DNA from: Promethearchaeota archaeon
Lineage (GTDB): Archaea > Asgardarchaeota > Lokiarchaeia > Sigyniarchaeales > SOKP01
Reading direction: 5' to 3'
Assembly: GCA_048938445.1 (NCBI GenBank)
Contig: JBHLME010000015.1
Span: 1-49,634 of the forward strand
Length of the DNA stretch: 49,634 nucleotides
The translations under genes and the position numbers were made by a program. The notes beneath the pieces were generated by a model. It worked only from the letters and a program-made list of their open reading frames with translations, ran no database searches and was not told the DNA's origin. Shown piece after piece: positions 29,607 to 39,355 of the stretch (positions are counted from its first letter, which is position 1; every line of letters begins with the position of its first letter).

Positions 29607-29729
29607 ATGAGCGAAACTATAGAAATGGGTAATTGTGAAAAATGTAGTAAGGAGATCAATCTTGCGGAATCATGGAGGGTTGATGAACACTACTATTGCG
29701 AAGAATGTTTCTCAAAATTGGATCTCTAA
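29607..29729 (+). CDS. 40-aa zinc-finger microprotein MSETIEMGNCEKCSKEINLAESWRVDEHYYCEECFSKLDL*
   Basis: Hand translation; CxxC-x17-CxxC; TAA TAG stops followed by a T-tract. Not in the ORF track. Confidence 0.8.
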   Translation: MSETIEMGNCEKCSKEINLAESWRVDEHYYCEECFSKLDL

Positions 29730-29844
29730 TAGCTTTTTTTCCATGTATAAACATTAAATCCTTTTCTTCTACTTATTTCAAATAATTGATTAGTATTAAT
29801 TGCTCTAAGTAAAATAATTTAAAAATTGTAAAAGAAGAAAAAAA

Positions 29845-30726
29845 TTATTTGATTTTTTGAATGAGACTAGTTTTTAACTCTTCAGCTAAAGTCTCTAACC
29901 TGCTTGCCGTTGAGGATATTTCTTCCATTGAAGCAACCTGTTCTTCGGTTCCAGACGTTATTTCCTCCATCGCTTGAGAAACTTTTTCACTTGCTGACGC
30001 AATTTCAGTGAGATTTTTGACCATCGTTTCGATTAATTCTGTCGTCTGATCCACTGAAAGTTTTGATTCTTCTGCCAGTTTTTGCACCTTTTCAGCCACT
30101 ACGGCAAATCCTCGACCGTGTTCTCCTGCCCGACCCGCTTCGATGCTGGCGTTTAATGCAAGTAAGTTTGTTTGTTCTGAAATGCTCGTAATGAATTTTG
30201 CGATGTTTTTGATGTCAGTAGTCATATTATTTATATGTATTAAGGAATTTGATTGATCCTTAGCTCGTTTTGAAACTTCTACGGTTGTTTGGGAAATTTG
30301 TTCTGATGCTGCGTTAACTTCACTAGCACTCGCAGATAATTCAGTTGCCATGTTCGCAACGCTCAATGCCACGCTTTCTGAGTTGTTAATGATATTTTTT
30401 AATCGATCACGTTGATTACTCAATGAATTTTCTTGTTTTCTTATCACTTTTAATATGTAGTATACTGAATATATCACTAGTGAAAAATTTACGGGTAAGC
30501 TTGCTAAAGTGAATATCAAAACCAAATTAAGAACAGCTACTAAAATTACTCCTGCTAAAATAAAAATACTGATTCCAACAAAATATAATATTAGAACTTT
30601 AAATTCAGTTGATTTCATATTGATTTTGAAACGCCATTTAAATCCTGTAGCGATTAACAAGAATCCAAAAATCACTATTGGTAAGTAAAATTCGATTGGT
30701 AATGATTCCAATGTTTGCATTATCAA
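29845..30726 (-). CDS. Methyl-accepting chemotaxis-like protein 1 (3 TM, short signalling domain)
   Basis: [30 protein letters not shown] hairpin tip; methylation-type motif [10 protein letters not shown]. Confidence 0.9.
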   Translation of the reverse strand: MIMQTLESLPIEFYLPIVIFGFLLIATGFKWRFKINMKSTEFKVLILYFVGISIFILAGVILVAVLNLVLIFTLASLPVNFSLVIYSVYYILKVIRKQENSLSNQRDRLKNIINNSESVALSVANMATELSASASEVNAASEQISQTTVEVSKRAKDQSNSLIHINNMTTDIKNIAKFITSISEQTNLLALNASIEAGRAGEHGRGFAVVAEKVQKLAEESKLSVDQTTELIETMVKNLTEIASASEKVSQAMEEITSGTEEQVASMEEISSTASRLETLAEELKTSLIQKIK

Positions 30727-30931
30727 TTATATTCCCCTAATTTTATAGTTTATATTCATTTTTTAAAAACTAGAATATATTTGATTCTATCAAGAAAAAA
30801 GAACTATAAAAAATTTGAGATTTTAAAATATTTTCCAAAATGATCGAAATTAAAGAAATTAGCAATACAAACCAAAAAGAAAAAATAAAGAAAAAATAAT
30901 TCTTCAATAAGTCTAAAAAACCAATGAATCA

Positions 30932-31813
30932 TTATTTAATTTTCTGAACAAGGTTTGTCTTTAACTCTTCAGCTAAAGTTTCTAATCTACTTGCCGTTGA
31001 GGAAATCTCCTCCATTGAAGCAACCTGTTCTTCGGTTCCAGACGTTATTTCCTCCATCGCATGAGAAACTTTTTCACTTGCTGACGCAATTTCAGTGAGA
31101 TTTTTGACTATCGTTTCGATTAATCCTGTCGTTTGATCAACTGAAAGTTTTGATTCTTCTGCCAGTTTTTGCACCTTTTCAGCCACTACGGCAAATCCTC
31201 GACCATGTTCGCCCGCCCGACCCGCTTCGATGCTGGCATTTAATGCAAGTAAGTTTGTTTGTTCTGAAATGCTCGTGATGAATTTTGCGATGTTTTTGAT
31301 GTCAGTAGTCATTTTATTGATATGTTCTAAAGCACTAGCTTGATCTTTCGCCCGTTTACTCACCTCGATTGTGGTTTGCGAGATTTGTTCTGAGGAGGCA
31401 TTTACTTCGCTTGCACTTGCGGATAATTCGGTTGCCATGTTCGCAACACTTAATGCAACGCTTTCTGAATTGTTGATGATTTTTTCTAAACGTCCATATT
31501 GACCTTTCAATGTATTCTCTTGCCTTCTAATTACTTTCAAAATGTAAAGGAGTGAATAAACGACGAAAATAAAACTGACGGGTGATGTTATAAAAGTAAA
31601 AAAGATATCAGAATTTAGAAGACCAACCAAGATCATTGCTAAAGATGATAAACTACCGACTCCAACAAGGTAATATAATAAAATCTTAAATTCAACCGAT
31701 TTTATTTTAATTTTATAACGATATATAATTACTAATGCAACCAGTGTGAATCCAACGATTATCAGCATGATGAACATTTCAACTGGCATAGACCCTAATA
31801 ATTGCATGAACAT
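30932..31813 (-). CDS. Methyl-accepting chemotaxis-like protein 2
   Basis: Same signalling domain; 293 aa. Confidence 0.9.
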   Translation of the reverse strand: MFMQLLGSMPVEMFIMLIIVGFTLVALVIIYRYKIKIKSVEFKILLYYLVGVGSLSSLAMILVGLLNSDIFFTFITSPVSFIFVVYSLLYILKVIRRQENTLKGQYGRLEKIINNSESVALSVANMATELSASASEVNASSEQISQTTIEVSKRAKDQASALEHINKMTTDIKNIAKFITSISEQTNLLALNASIEAGRAGEHGRGFAVVAEKVQKLAEESKLSVDQTTGLIETIVKNLTEIASASEKVSHAMEEITSGTEEQVASMEEISSTASRLETLAEELKTNLVQKIK

Positions 31814-31875
31814 TTATTATCACTAAAATTTCCTTTTTATTCTTCTTGATATAGGTTCTAATTTCTAAAATTATG

Positions 31876-31969
31876 AAAGAACCAATATTTAAACTTTAAC
31901 TTTATAGAATATTTAAATTGATTATTACGAGATAAAAATTAACTTTGTGAAAAGAATGAATTCTTCTTG
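31876..31969 (-). promoter_or_regulatory. Conserved promoter block of MCP2 (TATA TTTAAATA 31893-31886 plus upstream imperfect palindrome 31951-31969)
   Basis: Aligns with the equivalent blocks upstream of MCP3 and MCP4. Confidence 0.6.
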
Positions 31970-32072
31970 AAAATTTTTCACGACTTATCCAATTAGACAT
32001 ATTTAATAATCATTTATATCTAAAATTCAATTGAGGGAATGTAAAAAAATGATAAAAAAAATTTTAAAAAAG

Positions 32073-32954
32073 TCATTTTATTTTTTGAATGAGGCTTGTT
32101 TTTAACTCTTCAGCCATTGTTTCTAACCTGCTTGCCGTTGAGGATATTTCCTCCATTGAGGCCACCTGTTCTTCGGTTCCTGAAGTAATTTCTTCCATCG
32201 CATGAGAGACTTTTTCACTTGCTGACGCTATATCCGTGAGATTTTTGACTATCGTTTCGATTAATTCTGTTGTTTGATCTACTGAAAGTTTTGATTCTTC
32301 AGCTAATTTTTGTACTTTTTCAGCTACCACGGCAAAACCTCGACCGTGCTCCCCTGCCCTTCCTGCTTCTATGCTCGCGTTTAAGGCGAGTAAATTAGTT
32401 TGTTCTGAAATACTCGTGATGAACTTTGCGATATTTTTGATGTCAGTGGTCATTTTATTGATATATATTAAAGCATTAGCTTGATCTTTCGCCCGCTTAC
32501 TCACCTCAACTGTCGTTTGTGAGATTTGTTCTGAGGATGCATTTACCTCACTGGCACTCGCGGACAGTTCGGTTGCCATGTTCGCAACGCTTAATGCCAC
32601 GCTTTCTGAATTGTTGATGATTTTTTCTAAATGCGTTCTTTGGCCTTTTAAAGAATTTTCTTGCCTTCTAATTACTTTTAAAATGTAAATCAGCGTATAT
32701 ATCAGGAATACTAAACATAAGGGAAGAAATATAAAAATGAATAGATAGTCTGCATCAAGAGGTATGAATATAATGATGGCAACGATTAGTATTCCCCCAA
32801 GACCGAGAAGATAAAGTATGACAACTTTAAACTCAGTTGATTTTAGTTGTATTTTATAACGATATTTAATCATTAATGCTAGTAATGGCAATATTGTTAT
32901 TGCTAACACAAGCAGAAGTTGATATGGTGCTGGACCTAAAATTTGCATGAACAT
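32073..32954 (-). CDS. Methyl-accepting chemotaxis-like protein 3
   Basis: Same signalling domain; 293 aa. Confidence 0.9.
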   Translation of the reverse strand: MFMQILGPAPYQLLLVLAITILPLLALMIKYRYKIQLKSTEFKVVILYLLGLGGILIVAIIIFIPLDADYLFIFIFLPLCLVFLIYTLIYILKVIRRQENSLKGQRTHLEKIINNSESVALSVANMATELSASASEVNASSEQISQTTVEVSKRAKDQANALIYINKMTTDIKNIAKFITSISEQTNLLALNASIEAGRAGEHGRGFAVVAEKVQKLAEESKLSVDQTTELIETIVKNLTDIASASEKVSHAMEEITSGTEEQVASMEEISSTASRLETMAEELKTSLIQKIK

Positions 32955-33013
32955 TTTTTGTAGTCCTTTTTTTTTAATTCCCTAAAAAGTGAAATTTTAC
33001 TTCTTTTATCATG

Positions 33014-33108
33014 AAAGAACTTGTATTTAAACCTTAAGTTTATGGAATATTTAAATTAAATGCTTATAATAAAATGGTAAAACTGCTAACAAGAAGGGAT
33101 TCTTCTTG
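33014..33108 (-). promoter_or_regulatory. Conserved promoter block of MCP3 (TATA 33031-33024; palindrome CAAGAAG-N5-CTTCTTG 33090-33108)
   Basis: Read directly; TATA-to-palindrome spacing is within 1 nt of that for MCP2. Confidence 0.6.
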
Positions 33109-33207
33109 AAAGTACTTTGAGTATTTTATGAATATAACTTTTTAGTGTCCATTCATTAATTATAAACCATTTGAAGGAAAAAAAATAATCGATAAAATTA
33201 AATTAAG

Positions 33208-34089
33208 TTACTTGATTTTCTGAACGAGGGTTGTTTTTAATTCTTCAGCTAATGTTTCTAACCTGCTTGCCGTTGAGGAGATTTCTTCCATTGAGGCTAC
33301 TTGTTCTTCAGTTCCTGAAGTAATTTCTTCCATTGCATGGGAAACCTTTTCACTTGCTGACGCAATTTCCGTGAGATTTTTGACTATCGTTTCGATTAAT
33401 TCTGTTGTTTGATCTACTGAAAGTTTTGATTCTTCTGCTAATTTTTGGACTTTTTCAGCTACGACGGCAAAACCTCGACCGTGTTCCCCCGCACGACCCG
33501 CCTCTATGCTTGCGTTTAATGCAAGTAAGTTTGTTTGCTCCGAAATGCTCGTTATGAATTTTGCGATGTTTTTAATATCAGTAGTCATTTTATTGATATG
33601 TTCTAAAGCATTAGCTTGATCTTTCGCTCGTTTACTGACCTCGACTGTGGTTTGCGAGATTTGCTCTGAAGAGGCATTTACTTCACTGGCACTAGCTGAT
33701 AATTCAGTTGCCATATTCGCAACACTTAAAGCTACGCTTTCAGAATTGTCAATTATACTTTTTAGGCGTACTTGCTGGCCTTTTAAAGAATGCTCTTGAT
33801 TTCTTATAACTTTTACAATAAAAATTATTGAATAAACCAAGAAAATAACCACCGGTGGAATTAATATAAAGATATAAAAAAATTCAGAATTGAGGGTTCC
33901 CACTACCACGACAGCGACGATTGCTATTGCCGTGATACCAGTAGTATAAAATACGAGGGCTTTAAATTCAGTCGATTTTAGATTAATTTTATATAGATAT
34001 TTTATCACAAGTCCAATCAATGACAGGACAAATATTACTAAAAAAATAAGAAATTCGACAGAAGCATAGCCTATTATTTGCATCAACAT
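33208..34089 (-). CDS. Methyl-accepting chemotaxis-like protein 4
   Basis: Same signalling domain; 293 aa. Confidence 0.9.
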   Translation of the reverse strand: MLMQIIGYASVEFLIFLVIFVLSLIGLVIKYLYKINLKSTEFKALVFYTTGITAIAIVAVVVVGTLNSEFFYIFILIPPVVIFLVYSIIFIVKVIRNQEHSLKGQQVRLKSIIDNSESVALSVANMATELSASASEVNASSEQISQTTVEVSKRAKDQANALEHINKMTTDIKNIAKFITSISEQTNLLALNASIEAGRAGEHGRGFAVVAEKVQKLAEESKLSVDQTTELIETIVKNLTEIASASEKVSHAMEEITSGTEEQVASMEEISSTASRLETLAEELKTTLVQKIK

Positions 34090-34144
34090 TTTTTTTCCCG
34101 ATATTTTATAAAACTCTAAAGGTATATACCTTTCTTAGATAAAA

Positions 34145-34184
34145 AAAGAACCTATATTTAAACCTAAAGTTTTTGAAATATTTA
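34145..34184 (-). promoter_or_regulatory. Conserved promoter block of MCP4 (TATA 34162-34155)
   Basis: AAAGAAC-N3-TATTTAAAC...AATATTTA on the + strand, as for MCP2 and MCP3. Confidence 0.55.
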
Positions 34185-34326
34185 TATATTAAATAGAAAA
34201 AATAGAAAAAATGGTGATTATCCCCCATTAAACTATTACAAAGAAAAACTAAAAATTAAGAAGATATACCTTTTGTATAACATTTATAATATTATCCTTC
34301 AAATAGTCCCTCCAGAGCCCTAAAAT

Positions 34327-34971
34327 TTATCTGAATGCACGTAATAAATCATTAATAGTATCTTCAATTCGGGATGTATCTTCTAACATTCTTTTTTTAT
34401 CGCGGTGTTTTTGTACTTCATTGACAAAATCAAATAACTCGTTTTGGACAATTTCATAAAGTCGATCATGCAATAAATAATCTTTAATCTGATTCAATTC
34501 CTGAACAAGAATGCCAGTCCCTGAATTTCGATATTGCAGATATACTACCTCTAAATCATCAAGATAGCTATTTAGATCATTTAAAAGGATCATGAAATCA
34601 CTAACAGCTTCTTGGCGTATTTCCTTCTTCCATGGCCACTGTAAAAATCGTTCAGAATTTTCTTGAAGAGCTTTATGACATTTATTTAGACCAGTTAACG
34701 CAATTTTTAATATAGGTCTGAGTTGGTCTACATTCAAATATTCATCAATGCGAATAAGTAACTTAGAAACTTTTTCTGGGTCGCTTAAATCAATGTTTTT
34801 TGATTGTACTAGTATTTGATCACATTCTTTCTCTAATCCAATCACCGCACTTTGGGCTGCTTTTAAATAATTTTTACAATATTCAACATCATCTTTTGCA
34901 TTTTTATTAGCTTTGTTTAAATATTTAAGTGCTTCTTTAAATGCAATTTCTATTGCAAATTCTATAGCCAA
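34327..34971 (-). CDS. Hypothetical all-helical protein
   Basis: 214-aa ORF, amphipathic helical pattern, TTG start. Confidence 0.7.
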   Translation of the reverse strand: MAIEFAIEIAFKEALKYLNKANKNAKDDVEYCKNYLKAAQSAVIGLEKECDQILVQSKNIDLSDPEKVSKLLIRIDEYLNVDQLRPILKIALTGLNKCHKALQENSERFLQWPWKKEIRQEAVSDFMILLNDLNSYLDDLEVVYLQYRNSGTGILVQELNQIKDYLLHDRLYEIVQNELFDFVNEVQKHRDKKRMLEDTSRIEDTINDLLRAFR

Positions 34972-35584
34972 ATTAAATGAATCTCTCTGTTAATTATTGC
35001 TACTTTTTGGATTACTCAACATAAAGACAACATAATATAAAAAACTATTTGATATCACGAGTATATCCCTTGTATTTCTATCGTGTGTTCAATAAAGGAT
35101 TTTTGTGGTAGAATGGAATTCCTTGCTTTCGAGAGACTCGCAAGGGCGTTCATTTGCGGAATTAAAGATGCAAGTATATGCAATATCAAAAATGGATAAG
35201 AAACTCCAATAAAATTAGTGAGATTTCTCAATTTATATAAAACGTTTGATTTATACTCAATTCAAGAACCCAAAATTGAATTTTTCATTTTTTGAAAAAA
35301 CAAACCACGGATTAAGCCCTATTTTAATTTCTATTTAAATCCACGCCTGGATTTTTTGCCTTGGTTAATTTTAGAAAAGACTAATTCCTCTCTCCTAATG
35401 TAATAAAATGTACCTTATAAAATTAAATGATTAATTTAATATAAATGTACAAATTATACATTGATATACAATTGAACACAATAGTATTTAAAGGTATCGA
35501 AAATTAATTAATATTAAGGCAATAATAATTTTTATTAAGAAATTTTAATGATAAAAATAAAATAAATAATAATCTAATAATTGC

Positions 35585-36418
35585 ATGGACGATAAGAAAA
35601 AAGCCCTTAGGGTTGACTTAAACAAAAGTCTCTCCAAAGATTTAGTTGATATAAAAAATTATTATGGTATTCAATCAGACTCAGACATGATTAGATTTAT
35701 TATTCGAGAGCATAAAAAAGAACTTTTAACGAAAGAAGATTATTACGTGTTACAAAATAATACAAATAAAGGATATATCTTACAGGAAAATGGAAGTTAT
35801 GAAAAAATTGACGTTGACGAATTAGATTTAAAATTAAATGAATTTGACATGGATTTAATACGATTTAATTTAAATCCTTGGTCCTTGTCCTATATTCTTA
35901 AAGGGATTTTTTCAAAAAGACCTATTTTATTAATTTTTGAACACGAATACGTGAATAAACATTTAATGAGTTTTTTCGAATTCATTACTGAAGATTCCTT
36001 TAAAGTAGACATTTCTTTTTCCACCCCTCATAACTATGAAAAAAATACTGGCATGTATAAAGAACATTTAATTCTTAAGGGGAATGAAATCCTCAAGGAT
36101 GATGATAAACTCTTAGTAAAAAAGAAACTAAAAATAGAACGAGAAATTGTTCAAAATTTTTTCTCCGAAGAAAATCCAAAATTTAGCTTATTAGGAATTA
36201 GAAATGACATGAAAAAAGCATATATTTTATCAACAAAAATGGTTCCAATTATAAATAATGCGGATAAAATTAGTACAAAAGAAATAGCTGAGGATCTTAA
36301 AGAAAACTTCCCTGTCGACTTAACATTAAGTTATCTAGAGTTTTTAATAGGGATTTTAACCAATTATTATAATATCAACGTGCCAAAAATATATAATGCC
36401 ATAACTGAATTATTATAA
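35585..36418 (+). CDS. Protein with N-terminal ribbon-helix-helix-like domain and uncharacterised C-terminal domain
   Basis: ALRVDL (strand), KSLSKDLVDIKNYYG, SDSDMIRFIIRE follows the RHH pattern. Confidence 0.6.
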   Translation: MDDKKKALRVDLNKSLSKDLVDIKNYYGIQSDSDMIRFIIREHKKELLTKEDYYVLQNNTNKGYILQENGSYEKIDVDELDLKLNEFDMDLIRFNLNPWSLSYILKGIFSKRPILLIFEHEYVNKHLMSFFEFITEDSFKVDISFSTPHNYEKNTGMYKEHLILKGNEILKDDDKLLVKKKLKIEREIVQNFFSEENPKFSLLGIRNDMKKAYILSTKMVPIINNADKISTKEIAEDLKENFPVDLTLSYLEFLIGILTNYYNINVPKIYNAITELL

Positions 36419-36775
36419 TCGTTTTTTGAGACTTAGATAATATTACTTTTTATATTATTAGATAAATTTTATTATATTTTTTAGCTATTATTTTATATTT
36501 TAATATGCCTTCATAGACGTTATAACTCAATTCCTTTGTTATAAGGCGGATAATTAAAATCTGAAAAGAGAAATTTTGACTTTTTTGTAGATATTTTCGG
36601 ATCTAATTACTTTAAGACTTATTTTGAAAAATGAAAGATTCTTATGAATGTTTTTCAATAATGTAGTTTTTAGAAAAAAAAATAACATTTTTATGTTACT
36701 ATGCGAATTTTACACTATCTCAAATATTTTTTTTTTTAATATTAAATTAAAAAATACATTAAGAAAACGAGAAAC

Positions 36776-37501
36776 TTGATTTTTCAATTAACACCCTTAA
36801 GGATTTTTACGGTTTATATTGTTCAGAGTTTCCTAATAGTATTTTATATATTCATTTCATATATTTTACTAAAAAAAAGGGAAAAAATTAGCAGGAAAAG
36901 AATTATCTTTAGTTCTTATTACCTACTATGTAGTATTGGTCTAATTATAAATTGGTTCTATGCTCCTCTCCAACATGAGATATTAAGTATCTTACTTTAC
37001 TCAATGACAATCTATATCGTGTATGCAGGAACCAGTTTTATTGCTATATTTTCAATTACCTTATATTTTGAAATAAAAGCTAATATCGATACAACAAAAG
37101 TACAAATTATATATTTAATCATACTCAGTGCATTATATCTTGTAATTTTTATTCCAGGTGGAGTAGTTATTAATAAAGATACCAATTGGTTCCCAGTGGT
37201 TAATAGTGGTTTTTTCATTTATTGCACTGTTTTAATCAATTTGAGCCTCACAATCTTCATAGTATATTCGATTAAAACTCTTAAAATATTCAAAAGGAGA
37301 AATGAGAGTAAAATTCTTATGAATAGGTGGAAAATTTACATAATCGGAATAATAGAGACGTTTGCATTCGCTTCAATTACCATGCTCGTCCATTTAATCA
37401 ATATAATACAAGTAAGGGATATTTGGGCGGTAATTGGTGGAGTATTATTTATAACCGGGATATATTTCACGTGGTATGGAATAGGTAAGAAATTTCTTTA
37501 A
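36776..37501 (+). CDS. Stand-alone seven-transmembrane protein
   Basis: Seven hydrophobic segments counted by eye; basic loops after TM1 (KKREKISRKR) and TM5 (KIFKRR) suggest N-out topology. Confidence 0.75.
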   Translation: MIFQLTPLRIFTVYIVQSFLIVFYIFISYILLKKREKISRKRIIFSSYYLLCSIGLIINWFYAPLQHEILSILLYSMTIYIVYAGTSFIAIFSITLYFEIKANIDTTKVQIIYLIILSALYLVIFIPGGVVINKDTNWFPVVNSGFFIYCTVLINLSLTIFIVYSIKTLKIFKRRNESKILMNRWKIYIIGIIETFAFASITMLVHLINIIQVRDIWAVIGGVLFITGIYFTWYGIGKKFL

Positions 37502-37502
37502 T

Positions 37503-39197
37503 TTATTTCTTTTTATTATCTATACACGCTTTTATAAATGCCATATAGCACTTGCTTGGTTTATATGGCCTGCTTTTAAATTCAGGATGAAATTGCGTTC
37601 CTACCATCCAATGGTCGTCCCGGTCTAATTCTATACTGTTTATTATTTTTCTAGTTTCATCTCGACTCGATACAATTAGCCCTTTTTTCTCAGCTTCCTC
37701 AATGTATTTAGAATTAACATGATATCTATGACGGAAGCGTTCTATGATTTCCGTTTCTTGATATGCTTCATGTAATTTCGTTCCTTTTTTAACGATGATC
37801 TTTTGACCTCCCAACCGCATCGTCCCTCCCTTGTCAGACACTTCTTTTTGACTTTCTAATAAATCTATCACTGGATATGGAGTATTAGGATCGATTTCAG
37901 TAGAATTTGCTCCTTCTAAGCCAAGATATTTTCTACAAAATGCTGCAAAAAATAGCTGTGCCCCAAAGCAGATTCCAAGGAAAGGAATTTTTTGTTCCAT
38001 CGCATATTCCGCGCTCTTGATCATACCCTCTACTGCTCTTTCTCCAAATCCGGGTGTTAAAAGGATTCCATCGCAATCTTCAAGTTGTTCTTCGATGTTT
38101 ATATCTTCGACAATGTTTATCATTTTTAATTCAGCTTTATATCCCTGGTGTGCGGCAGCATGCTCTAATGCATCATTAATCGAGATGTATGAATCTGAGA
38201 TATTGAAATATTTCCCAGGCATCCCAATCCGGACAATTGGTTGTTGAATTTTAAACAAGTCAACCATTTTTACCCATTCTGAATAGTTATTGACCTTGCT
38301 AAAAGAGACTAATTTTGCCTTGAGATCTAAAAGTTCACACATAAGATCGCCTAATTTTTGATTTTCAAACAAAATTGGCAACTCATACACGATATCTAAA
38401 TCAGGATTTGAAATAACAAATTCCTTAGGGATGCTCGAAAACATTGATAACTTATTTCTGATATCATCTGCTAATGGTTTTTTACTCCTACAAATTAAGA
38501 TATCTGGTTGTAATCCTGCACTTTGAAGCATTTTCACAGAATGTTGGGTGGGTTTGGATTTTTGCTGTCCCACGGCTTCAGAAAAGGGAACTAGCGTCAC
38601 GTGGACAAAAGCCGTATGTTTCTTGGGTAATTCTAATTTTAATTGCCTGAAAGCTTCCAAAAAAATACCAGATTCCAAGTCTCCGACTGTTCCACCACAT
38701 TCAATCAATAATACATCTAAATCTTCTTTTTTAGCAATATTCAGTAATCTTTCCTTTATCATATTCGTGCAATGAGGAATTATTTGCACGGTCCTTCCCA
38801 AAAATTTCCCTTTTCTTTCCCTTAAAATCGTTGAAAGATAAATTTGACCTGAAGTGATGTTATGTGAGGGATGCATCTCAATCCCTAAGAATCGACTATA
38901 CGTACCAAAATCCTGATCGATTTCAGAGATCCTATATATTTTCTCATCTGATTCAAAAATAGGTTCCGTCTCAATGACAGGTTTAAAATCCCATACTTCT
39001 TCAGTAATAAAACATTCTCCATGCTCAATTGGGTTAAGCGTGCCAGGATCCACGTTCAAGTAAGGATCAATTTTAACTACGGATACATTAAAACCACGAA
39101 ATTGAAAAAGTTTGCCTAAGCTGGCTGTAACAACTCCCTTTCCTATGCCGCTCATGACCCCACCAGTCACGAACACGAATTTACAGTCAGGAGGCAT
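37503..39197 (-). CDS. pyrG: CTP synthase
   Basis: VTGGVMSGIGKG, KIDPYLNVDPGT, GRTVQIIPH, GGTVGD, KSKPTQHSV, GICFG, GGTMRLG, RHRY, QFHPEF. Confidence 0.97.
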   Translation of the reverse strand: MPPDCKFVFVTGGVMSGIGKGVVTASLGKLFQFRGFNVSVVKIDPYLNVDPGTLNPIEHGECFITEEVWDFKPVIETEPIFESDEKIYRISEIDQDFGTYSRFLGIEMHPSHNITSGQIYLSTILRERKGKFLGRTVQIIPHCTNMIKERLLNIAKKEDLDVLLIECGGTVGDLESGIFLEAFRQLKLELPKKHTAFVHVTLVPFSEAVGQQKSKPTQHSVKMLQSAGLQPDILICRSKKPLADDIRNKLSMFSSIPKEFVISNPDLDIVYELPILFENQKLGDLMCELLDLKAKLVSFSKVNNYSEWVKMVDLFKIQQPIVRIGMPGKYFNISDSYISINDALEHAAAHQGYKAELKMINIVEDINIEEQLEDCDGILLTPGFGERAVEGMIKSAEYAMEQKIPFLGICFGAQLFFAAFCRKYLGLEGANSTEIDPNTPYPVIDLLESQKEVSDKGGTMRLGGQKIIVKKGTKLHEAYQETEIIERFRHRYHVNSKYIEEAEKKGLIVSSRDETRKIINSIELDRDDHWMVGTQFHPEFKSRPYKPSKCYMAFIKACIDNKKK

Positions 39198-39355
39198 TTT
39201 TATAAGTAAATGATTTTTTTAATTATCTTCATAAATAAAAATAATTATTATCCACCACAGTTAATATACTTTTTTTAAGTAATAAATTAAACTCTAATAA
39301 TTTAGAAAAAAAATGAATTTTTCTTTCAACAAAAATTTCTCATTGAAAATTATTC

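Noticed and set aside
29845-34089. MCP repeats as DGR targets or an assembly artefact
   Set aside because: No reverse transcriptase or template repeat; differences are not adenine-specific; copies differ at many synonymous sites and in intergenic DNA.
35112-35160. Hairpin with AUGA and GAAA on the minus strand as a SECIS or hammerhead
   Set aside because: No properly placed tandem G-A quartet, no CUGAUGA core and no adjacent selenoprotein gene.
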